DNA from: Methanobacterium sp.
GTDB taxonomy: Archaea > Methanobacteriota > Methanobacteria > Methanobacteriales > Methanobacteriaceae
Reading direction: 5' to 3'
Length of the DNA stretch: 21,918 nucleotides
NCBI GenBank assembly: GCA_003166335.1
Contig: PMWA01000028.1
Span: forward strand, 1 to 21,918
The translations under genes and the position numbers were made by a program. This document shows positions 8,420 to 17,472 of this stretch, piece by piece. Below the pieces are notes generated by a model. That model was not told where the DNA came from, searched no databases, and saw only the letters and a list, made by a program, of their open reading frames with translations. Position 1 is the stretch's first letter. Every line of letters begins with the position of its first letter.

Positions 8420-9568
8420 ATGATAAATGATATAGTTAAATTTTCTAATGTTTTAAGGAAAAATGGGATTCCTGCTAGTATTAGAAGCACTGAAATGGCA
8501 TGTAGAGCTGTTTCATTAATTGGTAATGAGGAAATAAATTTAAATGAAGCTTTAGCATGCATTTATCTTAAAGATCAAAGGCATAGAAAAAAATTTGATG
8601 AATCATTTGAATCTTTCTTTAATAAAGAAAGAAAAGAAAAAGAACGTAAAGATCCATCAGGCTTTGGGGATAAATCAAAATATATTAAAAAATACAATGT
8701 AAGCGTTAGCACTAAAAAAGTTACTTACTTTGATTCTAATAATAAAACTTTACAATATAAAATAGATTACATTAAAAATAATTTAAATGATATAAATGAG
8801 AATGCCAATAAAGAAGGTAATTCTGAGCTTTTAAAAAGTAATATTCAGACTTTGAATTCACTTCAACCAGAATTAATTGATTTATGTCAGAAGCTCGGTC
8901 GAAAAATCGCCACAAAAAGAGTGCGAAGATATAAACAATCTAAAAAACAGAAACCTGATATTAGAAGAACTATTAGAAAGAATTTAAAACATGGTGGAAC
9001 TCTTCTTGAACTTATTAAAAGTAAACCTAAGATAAAAAAACAGAATCATTTTTTCTTAAGCGATGTTAGTGTTTCCTGTGATTGGATTAGTATTTGGTTT
9101 TTTTGCATGGTTTATGCTGCTCAAAACTCATTTAATCATGCTAAAGCATTTGAATTTGATAATAAAACCGCTGAGGTAACATCAGCCCTCCAAGAGCTTA
9201 ATCTAATTGATGCTTTCATTAAAGTTTTAGATATCAGAAAGCAGAATTCAATGATTAGAGGAAAATCTAATATGTATACAGCCTTTGAAGGATTTCTTAA
9301 TCAAGTTAAGTTGAATAATAAATCGTATGTTCTGATTTTAAGTGATTGCCGGGATTGGGCAGGACCAAAATATGATGGTGAACCATTAAGTGCAAATTTT
9401 ATTAGACAAATGTGTAGAGCTGCTAAAAGAGTTTTAATATTGAATCCAGAACCTAAAAATAAATGGAACGTGGCTGATAGCCGTGTTTCAAGTTATGAAG
9501 ATGCAGGTGCAGAAATATTTGAAGTCAGTGATTTAAAACAACTTGCTGACTTAATAAGCGAGATATAA
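8420..9568 (+). CDS. CoxE-like von Willebrand factor A domain protein (MoxR partner)
   Basis: F...LR..G N-terminus, D.RRTIR.NL..GG, MIDAS DVSVS, ILSDCRD, ILNPEP...W. Lies directly after the MoxR gene; start is ATG 8420 or TTG 8405. Confidence 0.88.
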   Translation: MINDIVKFSNVLRKNGIPASIRSTEMACRAVSLIGNEEINLNEALACIYLKDQRHRKKFDESFESFFNKERKEKERKDPSGFGDKSKYIKKYNVSVSTKKVTYFDSNNKTLQYKIDYIKNNLNDINENANKEGNSELLKSNIQTLNSLQPELIDLCQKLGRKIATKRVRRYKQSKKQKPDIRRTIRKNLKHGGTLLELIKSKPKIKKQNHFFLSDVSVSCDWISIWFFCMVYAAQNSFNHAKAFEFDNKTAEVTSALQELNLIDAFIKVLDIRKQNSMIRGKSNMYTAFEGFLNQVKLNNKSYVLILSDCRDWAGPKYDGEPLSANFIRQMCRAAKRVLILNPEPKNKWNVADSRVSSYEDAGAEIFEVSDLKQLADLISEI

Positions 9569-9638
9569 TTGAACTATTTTGCTTGATCAGGAAAAATATG
9601 AGATATATTGTTTTTTTTTATAATCTCACAAAATATTT

Positions 9639-10094
9639 TTATTCGCATCGAGCAATGCAATATTTGCATAATGACAGTTCATCATTTATGAATACTTTTT
9701 TTCCAGTACAATAATAATAATCATCCTTTTCATATACCGTAGTTCCATTTGAAAATCTAATCCCTGGGGGATGTAAAGGTTTTTTAGCAATGAAAACTAA
9801 ATAAATTGATATTATTTTGATGAATTCTTTGAATTTTTCATCATCAGGAGCGTATAAACTAAAATAATTATCTATTCTATGAATTAAATCCTTTAATTCT
9901 TCTTCATTGACTTCATCATCCACTTCTTCATAGGATGAATTCATTATCTCATTGAAACTCTCCAAATTATATTTGGACACAATAGATTGTATAGACGTAT
10001 CATTTTCATAGAAACAATCATTATCAGGCTTTACTTTGGATTTATACTGTTCCATACGTTTTTGGAGTTTTAAAAATAATTCTGAACTTTTCAT
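9639..10094 (-). CDS. DUF2115 (UPF0305) family methanogen protein
   Basis: MKSSEL N-terminus, FI..KPLHPPG..F.NG..V......YYC.GK, SLCKYCIA C-terminus. Confidence 0.75.
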   Translation of the reverse strand: MKSSELFLKLQKRMEQYKSKVKPDNDCFYENDTSIQSIVSKYNLESFNEIMNSSYEEVDDEVNEEELKDLIHRIDNYFSLYAPDDEKFKEFIKIISIYLVFIAKKPLHPPGIRFSNGTTVYEKDDYYYCTGKKVFINDELSLCKYCIARCE

Positions 10095-10192
10095 TTTTCT
10101 GTATCAAGTATGAAGACTTCATAATTTATAAAAATATTGTTTGAATATAGAATTTTTTACTTAATAGGATTAAAAAAAAACTAAAAAATAGT

Positions 10193-10525
10193 TTATTCAT
10201 AATCTAAATCTTTTAATTCTTCTATCCAATCTTCTTTTAATTTTCTTAAATTTCTTTGAAGCTTTGCAATTTCAGCTGATAATTCATTATTCCTTTTCAT
10301 ATATTGATATAAGTATTCCTCATCTTCTGTTTGTTGTTGATTTCTATCCAATTCTTCGACTTCTTCAAACTTTACATATCCAGTTATATGTCCAAATGCA
10401 AGATTATGTTGAAGTATATGATCCTCAACATTTCTAAGACTTTCAAAAGCTTTATTCTCTTCAAATAAATCTGCTAATCTTTGTTCATCTTCTAAAAAAA
10501 TTTTAATCTGATCTTCCCAGAACAT
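10193..10525 (-). CDS. Hypothetical acidic coiled-coil protein
   Basis: 110-aa ORF with a GGAGGGA RBS on the - strand just upstream; Glu/Asp-rich with a heptad-like C-terminus; no family recognised. Confidence 0.7.
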   Translation of the reverse strand: MFWEDQIKIFLEDEQRLADLFEENKAFESLRNVEDHILQHNLAFGHITGYVKFEEVEELDRNQQQTEDEEYLYQYMKRNNELSAEIAKLQRNLRKLKEDWIEELKDLDYE

Positions 10526-10745
10526 TTAAAATAATCCCTCCACTAATAATATTCTGAATTTCTTGTTAAGATATTTTTATTTAAATATCCTCAACATTTT
10601 TTATTAAACAACTTTAATACATTTCATGAATTATTTAGAGAAATTTTAAATTCCCCAATAAAATTTAAATCTTTAAACTAAAACTAAATAATAAACATAT
10701 TATTTTTTAGAATTTCTATACTATTTATTTCTGAAAGAAACAGTT

Positions 10746-11858
10746 TTAAGGCTTGATATTTTCGTATAATGTATCTCTTTCAGCGGGTATGCGCCCTAAA
10801 TTCATGATTATTCTTTGGAAGTTTGATGGCGTGGTTTGTACTCCATGTTCTGCTCCGGCAGATTTAGATATATTTTCTTCACCTAATGTTCCTCCAAGAT
10901 CATTTGCACCTGCGGTGAGACAGACCTGAGCGAATTTGAATCCAAGTTTCACCCAAGAAACTTGTATATTCTTTATAAGATCGCCAAACATGAGTCGAGC
11001 TACTGCATATACTTTTAGATCCTCTATTCCAGTGCTTCCGGGATTGGAAATTCCCTTTTGGAATATGGGTGTTAAGCGGTGCATGAATGTTAAAGGCACA
11101 AATTCCGTGAATCCTCCTGTTCTCTCTTGTATTTGCCTTAGAATATCCATATGTTCTACTCTGTGTCCCGAATTTTCAATGTGACCATACATCATGGTGC
11201 ATGTAGTAGGTATGCCAGTTTTATGTGCTGTTTCCACTACTTCAATCCATTGATCAGTGCTCATTTTAGTAGGGCATAATATTTTCCGTATATCGTCATT
11301 CAAGATTTCAGCAGCATTTCCCGGGATTGAATCAAGTCCTGCTTCCTTTAACATTTTAAGCTCATCTTTAATGGATATTCCGGCTTTATTAGCTCCGTAC
11401 AGTATCTCCATAGGAGAGAAAGCGTGTATATAAATATCTGGAAGCTCAGCACGTAGTTTTTGAAGTAGTTCTTGATAAAAATAAGCATCAACATCTGGAT
11501 GCAATCCCCCTTGTATACATACTTCAACGGCCCCACTGTCCCATGCTTTACGGGCTCTATCAACCACTTCTTCAATTTTTAGAAAATAAGCTCCTTTTTC
11601 ATCCTCAGTTTTTCTGAATGCGCAGAATCCACAGTCTCCTGTGCAAAGGTTAGTGAAGTTTATATTCCAATTTCGGATGTAAGTGACTCTATCTCCTACC
11701 AATCGTTCCCGTAATCCATCTGCAGTTATTAATAAAGCTTGAAGTTCTTTTCCTGTTGTTTCAATGAGTTTAAATGCTTCTTGTTGTGAAATTCTGGTTT
11801 TCATGGATTTTTCCAGTATATCTTCTATCTGTGGGTCAATGTCAAGTCTCTCCAACAT
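10746..11858 (-). CDS. cofH: FO synthase subunit CofH (coenzyme F420 biosynthesis, radical SAM)
   Basis: [91 protein letters not shown]. Confidence 0.95.
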   Translation of the reverse strand: MLERLDIDPQIEDILEKSMKTRISQQEAFKLIETTGKELQALLITADGLRERLVGDRVTYIRNWNINFTNLCTGDCGFCAFRKTEDEKGAYFLKIEEVVDRARKAWDSGAVEVCIQGGLHPDVDAYFYQELLQKLRAELPDIYIHAFSPMEILYGANKAGISIKDELKMLKEAGLDSIPGNAAEILNDDIRKILCPTKMSTDQWIEVVETAHKTGIPTTCTMMYGHIENSGHRVEHMDILRQIQERTGGFTEFVPLTFMHRLTPIFQKGISNPGSTGIEDLKVYAVARLMFGDLIKNIQVSWVKLGFKFAQVCLTAGANDLGGTLGEENISKSAGAEHGVQTTPSNFQRIIMNLGRIPAERDTLYENIKP

Positions 11859-11882
11859 GGCAATTGATATTAAACTTTGTAA

Positions 11883-11897
11883 CCTTATAACTTTTGG
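11883..11897 (-). promoter_or_regulatory. BRE/TATA promoter candidate for cofH
   Basis: The - strand reads CCAAAAGTTATAAGG, ending about 25 nt upstream of the cofH ATG. Confidence 0.5.
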
Positions 11898-11960
11898 TTA
11901 AATGATGATCTGATTTTTTCAATGGATAGATTATATACTATGGTCAAAAAGCCTATTAAA

Positions 11961-11977
11961 ATAGATAGCTTTAAATA
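11961..11977 (+). promoter_or_regulatory. BRE/TATA promoter candidate for the histone gene
   Basis: TTTAAATA at 11970-11977 preceded by purine-rich ATAGATAG, about 23 nt before the GGAGGTGA RBS. Confidence 0.6.
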
Positions 11978-12011
11978 TTATAGGGTCCTAGCTAAATCTG
12001 GAGGTGATAAT

Positions 12012-12218
12012 ATGGCTGAATTACCTATTGCTCCAGTGGGAAGAATCATAAAAAATGCTGGTGCACAAAGGATAAGTGATGATGCAAAAGAGGCCTTAGC
12101 AAAATCCTTAGAAGAAAAAGGTGAAGAAATAGCTAAAAAAGCCGTTGAACTTGCAAAACACGCCGGAAGGAAAACTGTAAAAGCGGATGATATTGAATTA
12201 GCTGTTAAAGCAGCTTAA
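12012..12218 (+). CDS. Archaeal histone (HMf family, A-type), 68 aa
   Basis: [31 protein letters not shown]...[18 protein letters not shown]; strong GGAGGTGA RBS at 12000-12007 places the start at 12012, not 11922. Confidence 0.98.
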   Translation: MAELPIAPVGRIIKNAGAQRISDDAKEALAKSLEEKGEEIAKKAVELAKHAGRKTVKADDIELAVKAA

Positions 12219-12225
12219 TTCCATC

Positions 12226-12240
12226 TTTTTTTATATTTTT
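12226..12240 (+). terminator. Oligo-T terminator of the histone gene
   Basis: TTTTTTTATATTTTT shortly after the stop codon. Confidence 0.55.
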
Positions 12241-12248
12241 ATATTTGA

Positions 12249-12272
12249 ATAGTCATTTACTAAAATGACTAT
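12249..12272. repeat. Perfect 10-bp inverted repeat ATAGTCATTT-acta-AAATGACTAT
   Basis: Read directly; lies between convergent genes. Confidence 0.8.
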
Positions 12273-12450
12273 AAAACATTTTTTTTAAGCGATTTTTATA
12301 AAATTATAATTTAATTAAAATATTTCTTTTTTCTGATGTTTATTTTATTTCCGATTCAAAAAAAAATAAATCCGTGTCTTACGAAAATTTCTAAAATTAA
12401 AAATAAATATACTATTAATATTAAAACAAAGTTTACAATTTAATTTTCAT

Positions 12451-12708
12451 CTAATCGAATATTTCGTCTAATTCTAAAGACTGGTATTCTTCACTTTCTT
12501 CATCAGTTAATGAGATTAAATATTTATTATTTTTTTCTAAAACTGCTATAGCAATAGGCGTGATGGATTCAAACCAAAATTTATCCTCAAACTCTAGAGT
12601 TGAAACTTGAATCATTGGATAAATGATTCTGTCACCGATTCTCAGTGCATTACCTTTTAAAATCTTTTTTTTTAAGAATTCTTCTCCAACTCCAAATTCT
12701 GAGCTCAT
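12451..12708 (-). CDS. Small protein, probable degenerate YtfJ/GerW paralog
   Basis: GNALRIGDRIIYP and SITPIAIAV align by eye with GNPIETDDKVLIP and GIKPVAMIV of the YtfJ protein two genes upstream; GGGGTA RBS-like sequence. Confidence 0.65.
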   Translation of the reverse strand: MSSEFGVGEEFLKKKILKGNALRIGDRIIYPMIQVSTLEFEDKFWFESITPIAIAVLEKNNKYLISLTDEESEEYQSLELDEIFD

Positions 12709-12769
12709 TTTTTATTAATACCCCATAAAAGAATTTATTAACGAAAATAAAAACTTAAAATATTTTTTT

Positions 12770-13354
12770 TTATTTGTTCAAATCTCGGAGGCTTCCTATT
12801 AAATCTCGCACAGGTTTTTTAGTAAATGCTTTTAAAGATGCAATAGCAATCCACAAAAGTTTTAATTTAAGATTTAATTCAAAAGATCCGTCTAATTTAC
12901 TTTTTTGAAAGTCAGGAGTTGTAGAGATGGATATTATTGGAATAGTGTTTAAAATAGAACTAAGACTCCATAAATAGCCGTTAATCATTGCAGTGTCTAC
13001 TGGACTGTAAAATCCTAAATTTAAATCTATAGAAAGTTTTTCAAGGTTTATGGATTTTAAAAATGCAGGGATTAAGGGTTTAAGATAATCGAATGCTTCG
13101 AAGAATTGATTTAATATTTTTAATAATTGCTCAATGTTAAATTTTCTTTCTTTTTTTTCTTTCTTTACTTCTTCTTTTTCAGCTGGTATATCACGCTGAA
13201 TAAGCCGTATCTTCAGCCATCTAATCTTAAAATACCCACTTATATTCATCTCCCTCTTTTGGATGTAAAAAGAGATATGAAAGGGGATTAAGAGGATTGC
13301 CAATAAAATTAGTGCCAAAATAAGAATTATGACACCAATTATGGTATAAATCAA
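12770..13354 (-). CDS. DUF2953 (YtfI-like) membrane-anchored protein
   Basis: N-terminal TM anchor ending LLIP, Lys/Glu linker, L.LG..SPVDTA...G..W...S and PDF motifs; directly downstream of ytfJ; TTG start. Confidence 0.78.
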   Translation of the reverse strand: MIYTIIGVIILILALILLAILLIPFHISFYIQKREMNISGYFKIRWLKIRLIQRDIPAEKEEVKKEKKERKFNIEQLLKILNQFFEAFDYLKPLIPAFLKSINLEKLSIDLNLGFYSPVDTAMINGYLWSLSSILNTIPIISISTTPDFQKSKLDGSFELNLKLKLLWIAIASLKAFTKKPVRDLIGSLRDLNK

Positions 13355-13394
13355 CTATTATCCGCTCTTTTCTTACTACAAAACAATTTTAATT

Positions 13395-13838
13395 TTAGAT
13401 TTTAGGAGGTGTTTTAGCTTCTGGTTTTGCTTCTTCTTTTCCTTTTTTATGTTCTTTCATCCAATCTTTTTTCATTGTGCATTTTTCTTTCATCATTGAC
13501 ATTACTTCAGAGCCTATTTCCCCAAGGGCTTGTGCTAGAGGATTAGCTGATAATGTTAATACTTTAACACCTTCAGGGCCGGATATATTCTTAAAAACCA
13601 CTATCATTGCAACAGGTTTAATTCCGGCAGCTCCTCCAGCCCCTGCACCAGCTCCACTTGCATCAGATGACATCATACCTTTACCTTCACCCATTCCAGC
13701 TCCAAATCCCATACCCATCATAGTTACTGGAATAAGTACCTTATCATCTGTTTCTATTGGATTTCCAATTATATTTTCAATATTTAAAACTTTTCTAATT
13801 TCTTCTACCGTAGTTTTTATTGGATCATCAATGTCCAT
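13395..13838 (-). CDS. ytfJ: YtfJ/GerW ('sporulation protein') family protein
   Basis: IIGNPIE....LIPV...MGFGAG.GEG...GAGAGGAAGIKPVAMIVV signature. GGAG at 13848-13851 fits ATG 13838; alternatives are 13844 and 13847. Confidence 0.88.
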   Translation of the reverse strand: MDIDDPIKTTVEEIRKVLNIENIIGNPIETDDKVLIPVTMMGMGFGAGMGEGKGMMSSDASGAGAGAGGAAGIKPVAMIVVFKNISGPEGVKVLTLSANPLAQALGEIGSEVMSMMKEKCTMKKDWMKEHKKGKEEAKPEAKTPPKI

Positions 13839-14120
13839 GTTCATCAACTCCGTAATAAAATTTTTTTATCAACATTTAGCTTTATATAATTGAAACCATA
13901 TAAAATTTTAGTTAAATAATTTTATCCAGAATTTAAGCCATTATAATGAAATAATTTAGATTTAATCATCATATATCATGTTTAAAACTTGATAATTCAT
14001 GTATTAGTAATATTTTTCTTTGAATTTAAGAATAATTTTGTATATTTTATCATCAGCGCGATTTTATTTAAACATTAAAGAAAGGGAATGATTATATCAT
14101 GATTTTCAGCTAAAGAAGTG

Positions 14121-14135
14121 GAAAAAGTTTATATA
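14121..14135 (+). promoter_or_regulatory. BRE-TATA promoter of the tRNA pair
   Basis: GAAAAAG-TTTATATA, a near-consensus archaeal BRE+TATA about 30 nt upstream of tRNA-Val. Confidence 0.75.
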
Positions 14136-14165
14136 TGAATAGAATTATATCCTAAATGGATGACG

Positions 14166-14239
<74 letters not shown>

Positions 14240-14244
14240 TTAGG

Positions 14245-14317
<73 letters not shown>

Positions 14318-14355
14318 TATTAATTTTATAAAAAAATCTCTTTTATTGATTAATC

Positions 14356-14363
14356 TTTTTTTT
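14356..14363 (+). terminator. Oligo-T terminator candidate after the tRNA pair
   Basis: T8 run, with further T tracts nearby, downstream of tRNA-Phe. Confidence 0.45.
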
Positions 14364-14451
14364 AAAATCAAATTTTTTCCATTAAGAATATTAAAGAAAA
14401 TATTTTTTTATAAAAAATAAATAAATATGATATATAGTTGAAAAATTTATT

Positions 14452-14646
14452 ATGACAAAAACTGTTTCATGTCCTAATTGTGGTTCAAATAGAATGAAGA
14501 TGCATAATCCTCAGTTATCTATTTGGCAATGTTCAAAATGTGGATATCAGGGTCCAGTAGTCGTAGAGAATGGAAATCTTAATAAGCAGATTAAGGAAAA
14601 TAAGAAAATGGAGAAACTAAGAAAAAAATTGTTGTGGAGAAGATAA
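14452..14646 (+). CDS. Small CPxCG-type zinc-ribbon protein with basic C-terminal helix
   Basis: CPNCGS ... WQCSKCGY knuckle pair; Lys/Arg-rich tail; 64 aa. Confidence 0.75.
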   Translation: MTKTVSCPNCGSNRMKMHNPQLSIWQCSKCGYQGPVVVENGNLNKQIKENKKMEKLRKKLLWRR

Positions 14647-14756
14647 TTATAAAATTTGTAAAAAAATAGTGCGCTTTTCACTTATTTTTTAGTGAACTGA
14701 AAATTTCATTTTTTTTTATGCACTTTAATTTTTATCATTTACCTAAAATAATTTTA

Positions 14757-15272
14757 TTATTTTCTTAGGAAAGAGCTGATTAATCCTCCCAACATTGATA
14801 GGAATCCAAAAACGAAGATTCCACTGAGAAGTACGATTATTCCACCTATAATTCCCAGTATCAAACCTAAAATAACACCAACCAAACCACCGTTTATAGC
14901 GCCATCCCTATATGTTCCACTGCCAGTTATATAAGATGATAAGGAGCCACTGAAGACAGTTAAAATAACAGTGCTTATAGTGAAGATATATAAAACTCTT
15001 GAGGATAAATTTAAAGTGTTAATGTGAATATTAGTTCCAAACAATGCTATTACTGATAAAGTTAGAGATATGAATAAAAAAATAAACCCAATAATTACTC
15101 CCGTAAATTTTATTTTATTTGAAGTATTAACAGGTTTTATATGAGGATCCTCTTCTATTGATGAAGAATATCTAAGTTTACCACCGCATTCACATCTTTC
15201 ATAATTAAAAGAGGATTTTCCCTCATTAATCGGATAATGTTTGCGGCATTTTTCACAGATCATATAAGACAT
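14757..15272 (-). CDS. Membrane protein with N-terminal zinc ribbon (DUF5518-like TM region)
   Basis: ICEKC...Y...RCECGGKLRY, then about 4 Gly-rich hydrophobic helices including DGAINGGLVG. Confidence 0.75.
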   Translation of the reverse strand: MSYMICEKCRKHYPINEGKSSFNYERCECGGKLRYSSSIEEDPHIKPVNTSNKIKFTGVIIGFIFLFISLTLSVIALFGTNIHINTLNLSSRVLYIFTISTVILTVFSGSLSSYITGSGTYRDGAINGGLVGVILGLILGIIGGIIVLLSGIFVFGFLSMLGGLISSFLRK

Positions 15273-15397
15273 AATATATCACTATGTTTAAACGATGTAT
15301 ATAATTCTTAGATTAGTTTATTCCTAAACACAATTCACAAATAAAAATAAATTATTAGTATTAATAATAAAATTCGCTGATCGTAATTTATATTTAT

Positions 15398-16672
15398 TCA
15401 GATAATTTCACCTTTAAGATAAGTGCTTTTAGCTTCGATTATTTCAACTTCCACGAAACATCCGAGGGAAGCTTCATCAACTATTACAGTCTTATAATTA
15501 TTTGAACGCCCTATATAACCCCCTTTACTTCCTTTACTAGTTATTAAAACTTTTTGAATAGTATTAATCATTCTTTTATTATTTTGTAAAGCTATTTCAG
15601 ATTTAAGATTATTCAATTTTTTAGATCTTTCTTTCATTATATGATGATCAATTTCATTTAAATTGGAAGCTGGGGTGCCTGGTCGGTGATGATATTTAGA
15701 TATGTGGAGAAAATCCGGTTTTAATTCTCCAATTAATTTAAGAGTGTCATTGAACGCATTATTATCCTCTGATGGGTAACCTACTATTACATCGGTGGCT
15801 ATTGAAATATCCGTTATACTCCGTTGGAATTGAGTAATTATATCCTTAAAATCATCAACACTATGCTCCCGATTCATGTCAGCTAAAACATTATCATTTC
15901 CGCTTTGAATTGGAATATGAATGAATTTATAAACTTTTTCATTCTGAAATGAGTGAATTATATTATCTAAATCATTCATCATGTTCTTAGGATGCATCAT
16001 ACCAATTCTAACACGGAAATCACCATTAACAGCTGTGACCTGATTTATAAGATTTGATAATGATTTTCCAGTTTCTTTACCATACGCAGCTGTGTCTTGG
16101 GCTGTTAATTGTATCTCAACACAACCATCATTAATTGATTTGTCTGCTTCAAAATAGATAAGATCCCCCGGGTAACTCTGTAGTTTACCCCTGGCAAATC
16201 GTGTGCAGCAGTAACTGCATGCACCATTACATCCTTCACAGATTTGAATTATATGTATAAGGGGATTGGAACGTATCTTAGGAAGGCCTACCTTGATTGA
16301 ATTATCCGAACCTGTTAATTTAACATTATCTCCTTTTAAGATTGATTTTACTACATGTGATGTTGATGTTATTTGATGAGGACTTATCCAACCAGCATTT
16401 GGTGCAGTTTTTTGTAGTTTATCCGGATCTATCTCCACCATGCAACCGGCTATAAGAAGTTTTTTATCTGGAAACTTCTCCTGTAACCTCTGAATACGAT
16501 TTACGACTTTTTGTTCAGTAGGGTGTTTCACATAGCAAGTGTTAATGATAATAACATCAGCTTCTTGAGGATTATCTACTAGTTTACCTTCATTCTCATT
16601 AAGCAACCCTGCCATTATTTGTGAATCAGCCTGGTTAAATGTGCAGCCAAAGGTTTCTATGTAAAAATTCAT
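15398..16672 (-). CDS. mtaB: tRNA t6A37 methylthiotransferase, archaeal MtaB (MiaB-like) type
   Basis: ETFGC..N..DS, INTC.VK, AGC (UPF0004 cysteines), GCNGACSYC radical-SAM motif, ARG.L.S, TAQDTAAYG, RIGMMHP, HIPIQSG, TDVIVGYP, C-terminal TRAM-like domain. Confidence 0.92.
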   Translation of the reverse strand: MNFYIETFGCTFNQADSQIMAGLLNENEGKLVDNPQEADVIIINTCYVKHPTEQKVVNRIQRLQEKFPDKKLLIAGCMVEIDPDKLQKTAPNAGWISPHQITSTSHVVKSILKGDNVKLTGSDNSIKVGLPKIRSNPLIHIIQICEGCNGACSYCCTRFARGKLQSYPGDLIYFEADKSINDGCVEIQLTAQDTAAYGKETGKSLSNLINQVTAVNGDFRVRIGMMHPKNMMNDLDNIIHSFQNEKVYKFIHIPIQSGNDNVLADMNREHSVDDFKDIITQFQRSITDISIATDVIVGYPSEDNNAFNDTLKLIGELKPDFLHISKYHHRPGTPASNLNEIDHHIMKERSKKLNNLKSEIALQNNKRMINTIQKVLITSKGSKGGYIGRSNNYKTVIVDEASLGCFVEVEIIEAKSTYLKGEII

Positions 16673-16818
16673 TTTATCATAATTTTCCTGTTATTTTTAT
16701 CCTAAAAAAAAATTTAAAATAATTATATTTCAAAAGATATATAATCTTATACAAATTGAATTTAAAAAAAAATGATAGGTATTTTTAGAACGAATGAACT
16801 ATTTAAAGTCAATTCTTT

Positions 16819-17472
16819 TTATTTTTCGGGCCAGCCATGCTCCCCTATCATGGGTACAAAGACAACTCCACCCAGTTTATGTGTTTTGAATTCATTTTCA
16901 GATACTCTGAATAGACATACTAATTCTTGGAAATAATTATCAGATCCAATCGGAGTTAAAAGTCTCCCACCAACCTTTAATTGTTCTTTCAATGGTTTAG
17001 GCACTTTAGGGGCACTGGCAGTCGCATATATTCTATCATACGGCGCCTCCTCAGGATAACCTTTAGTTCCATCTATATGTAGAACAGTAACATTATTATA
17101 TCCCGTACGTTTAAGATTCTCCTCAGCGGTCTTAGCCAGGTATTCTATCCGTTCCGTGGTGAATAAATGTCCTTCCGGCCCTATGATTTCTGCTACCACT
17201 GCAGCATTATATCCGAAACCAGACCCGATTTCTAAAATTTTCATACCCTCTTTTAAGTCTAGTTTTTCACAGATCATCGCTACCATATGTGGTGCTGAAA
17301 TAGTCTGACCTTTTCCTATAGGTAATGGTTGATCAATATAAGCATACGGCCTGTTTTCATGTGGCATGAATTCTTCCCGGGGGACTTTGAGAATAGCTTT
17401 TTTAACGCTCTCCGATTTCACGTAACCATTATTAGATAATCTATCCACCAATTCTTCTCTTTTACTCTTCAT
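16819..17472 (-). CDS. pcm: Protein-L-isoaspartate O-methyltransferase
   Basis: VPREEF, AY.D.PLPIG.GQTISAPHMVA, LEIGSGFGYNAA, DG..G....APYDRI, QLK.GG, V.FVPM. Confidence 0.97.
   Translation of the reverse strand: MKSKREELVDRLSNNGYVKSESVKKAILKVPREEFMPHENRPYAYIDQPLPIGKGQTISAPHMVAMICEKLDLKEGMKILEIGSGFGYNAAVVAEIIGPEGHLFTTERIEYLAKTAEENLKRTGYNNVTVLHIDGTKGYPEEAPYDRIYATASAPKVPKPLKEQLKVGGRLLTPIGSDNYFQELVCLFRVSENEFKTHKLGGVVFVPMIGEHGWPEK

Noticed and set aside
11922..12011. 30-aa N-terminal 'tail' on the histone (98-aa ORF in the track)
   Set aside because: The extension runs through the TATA box and the GGAGGTGA RBS; the canonical MAELP start is at 12012.
13860..14120. TATATCATG repeated at 13972-13980 and 14093-14101 in the ytfJ/tRNA spacer
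   Set aside because: A 9-bp AT-rich match is expected by chance in this composition.
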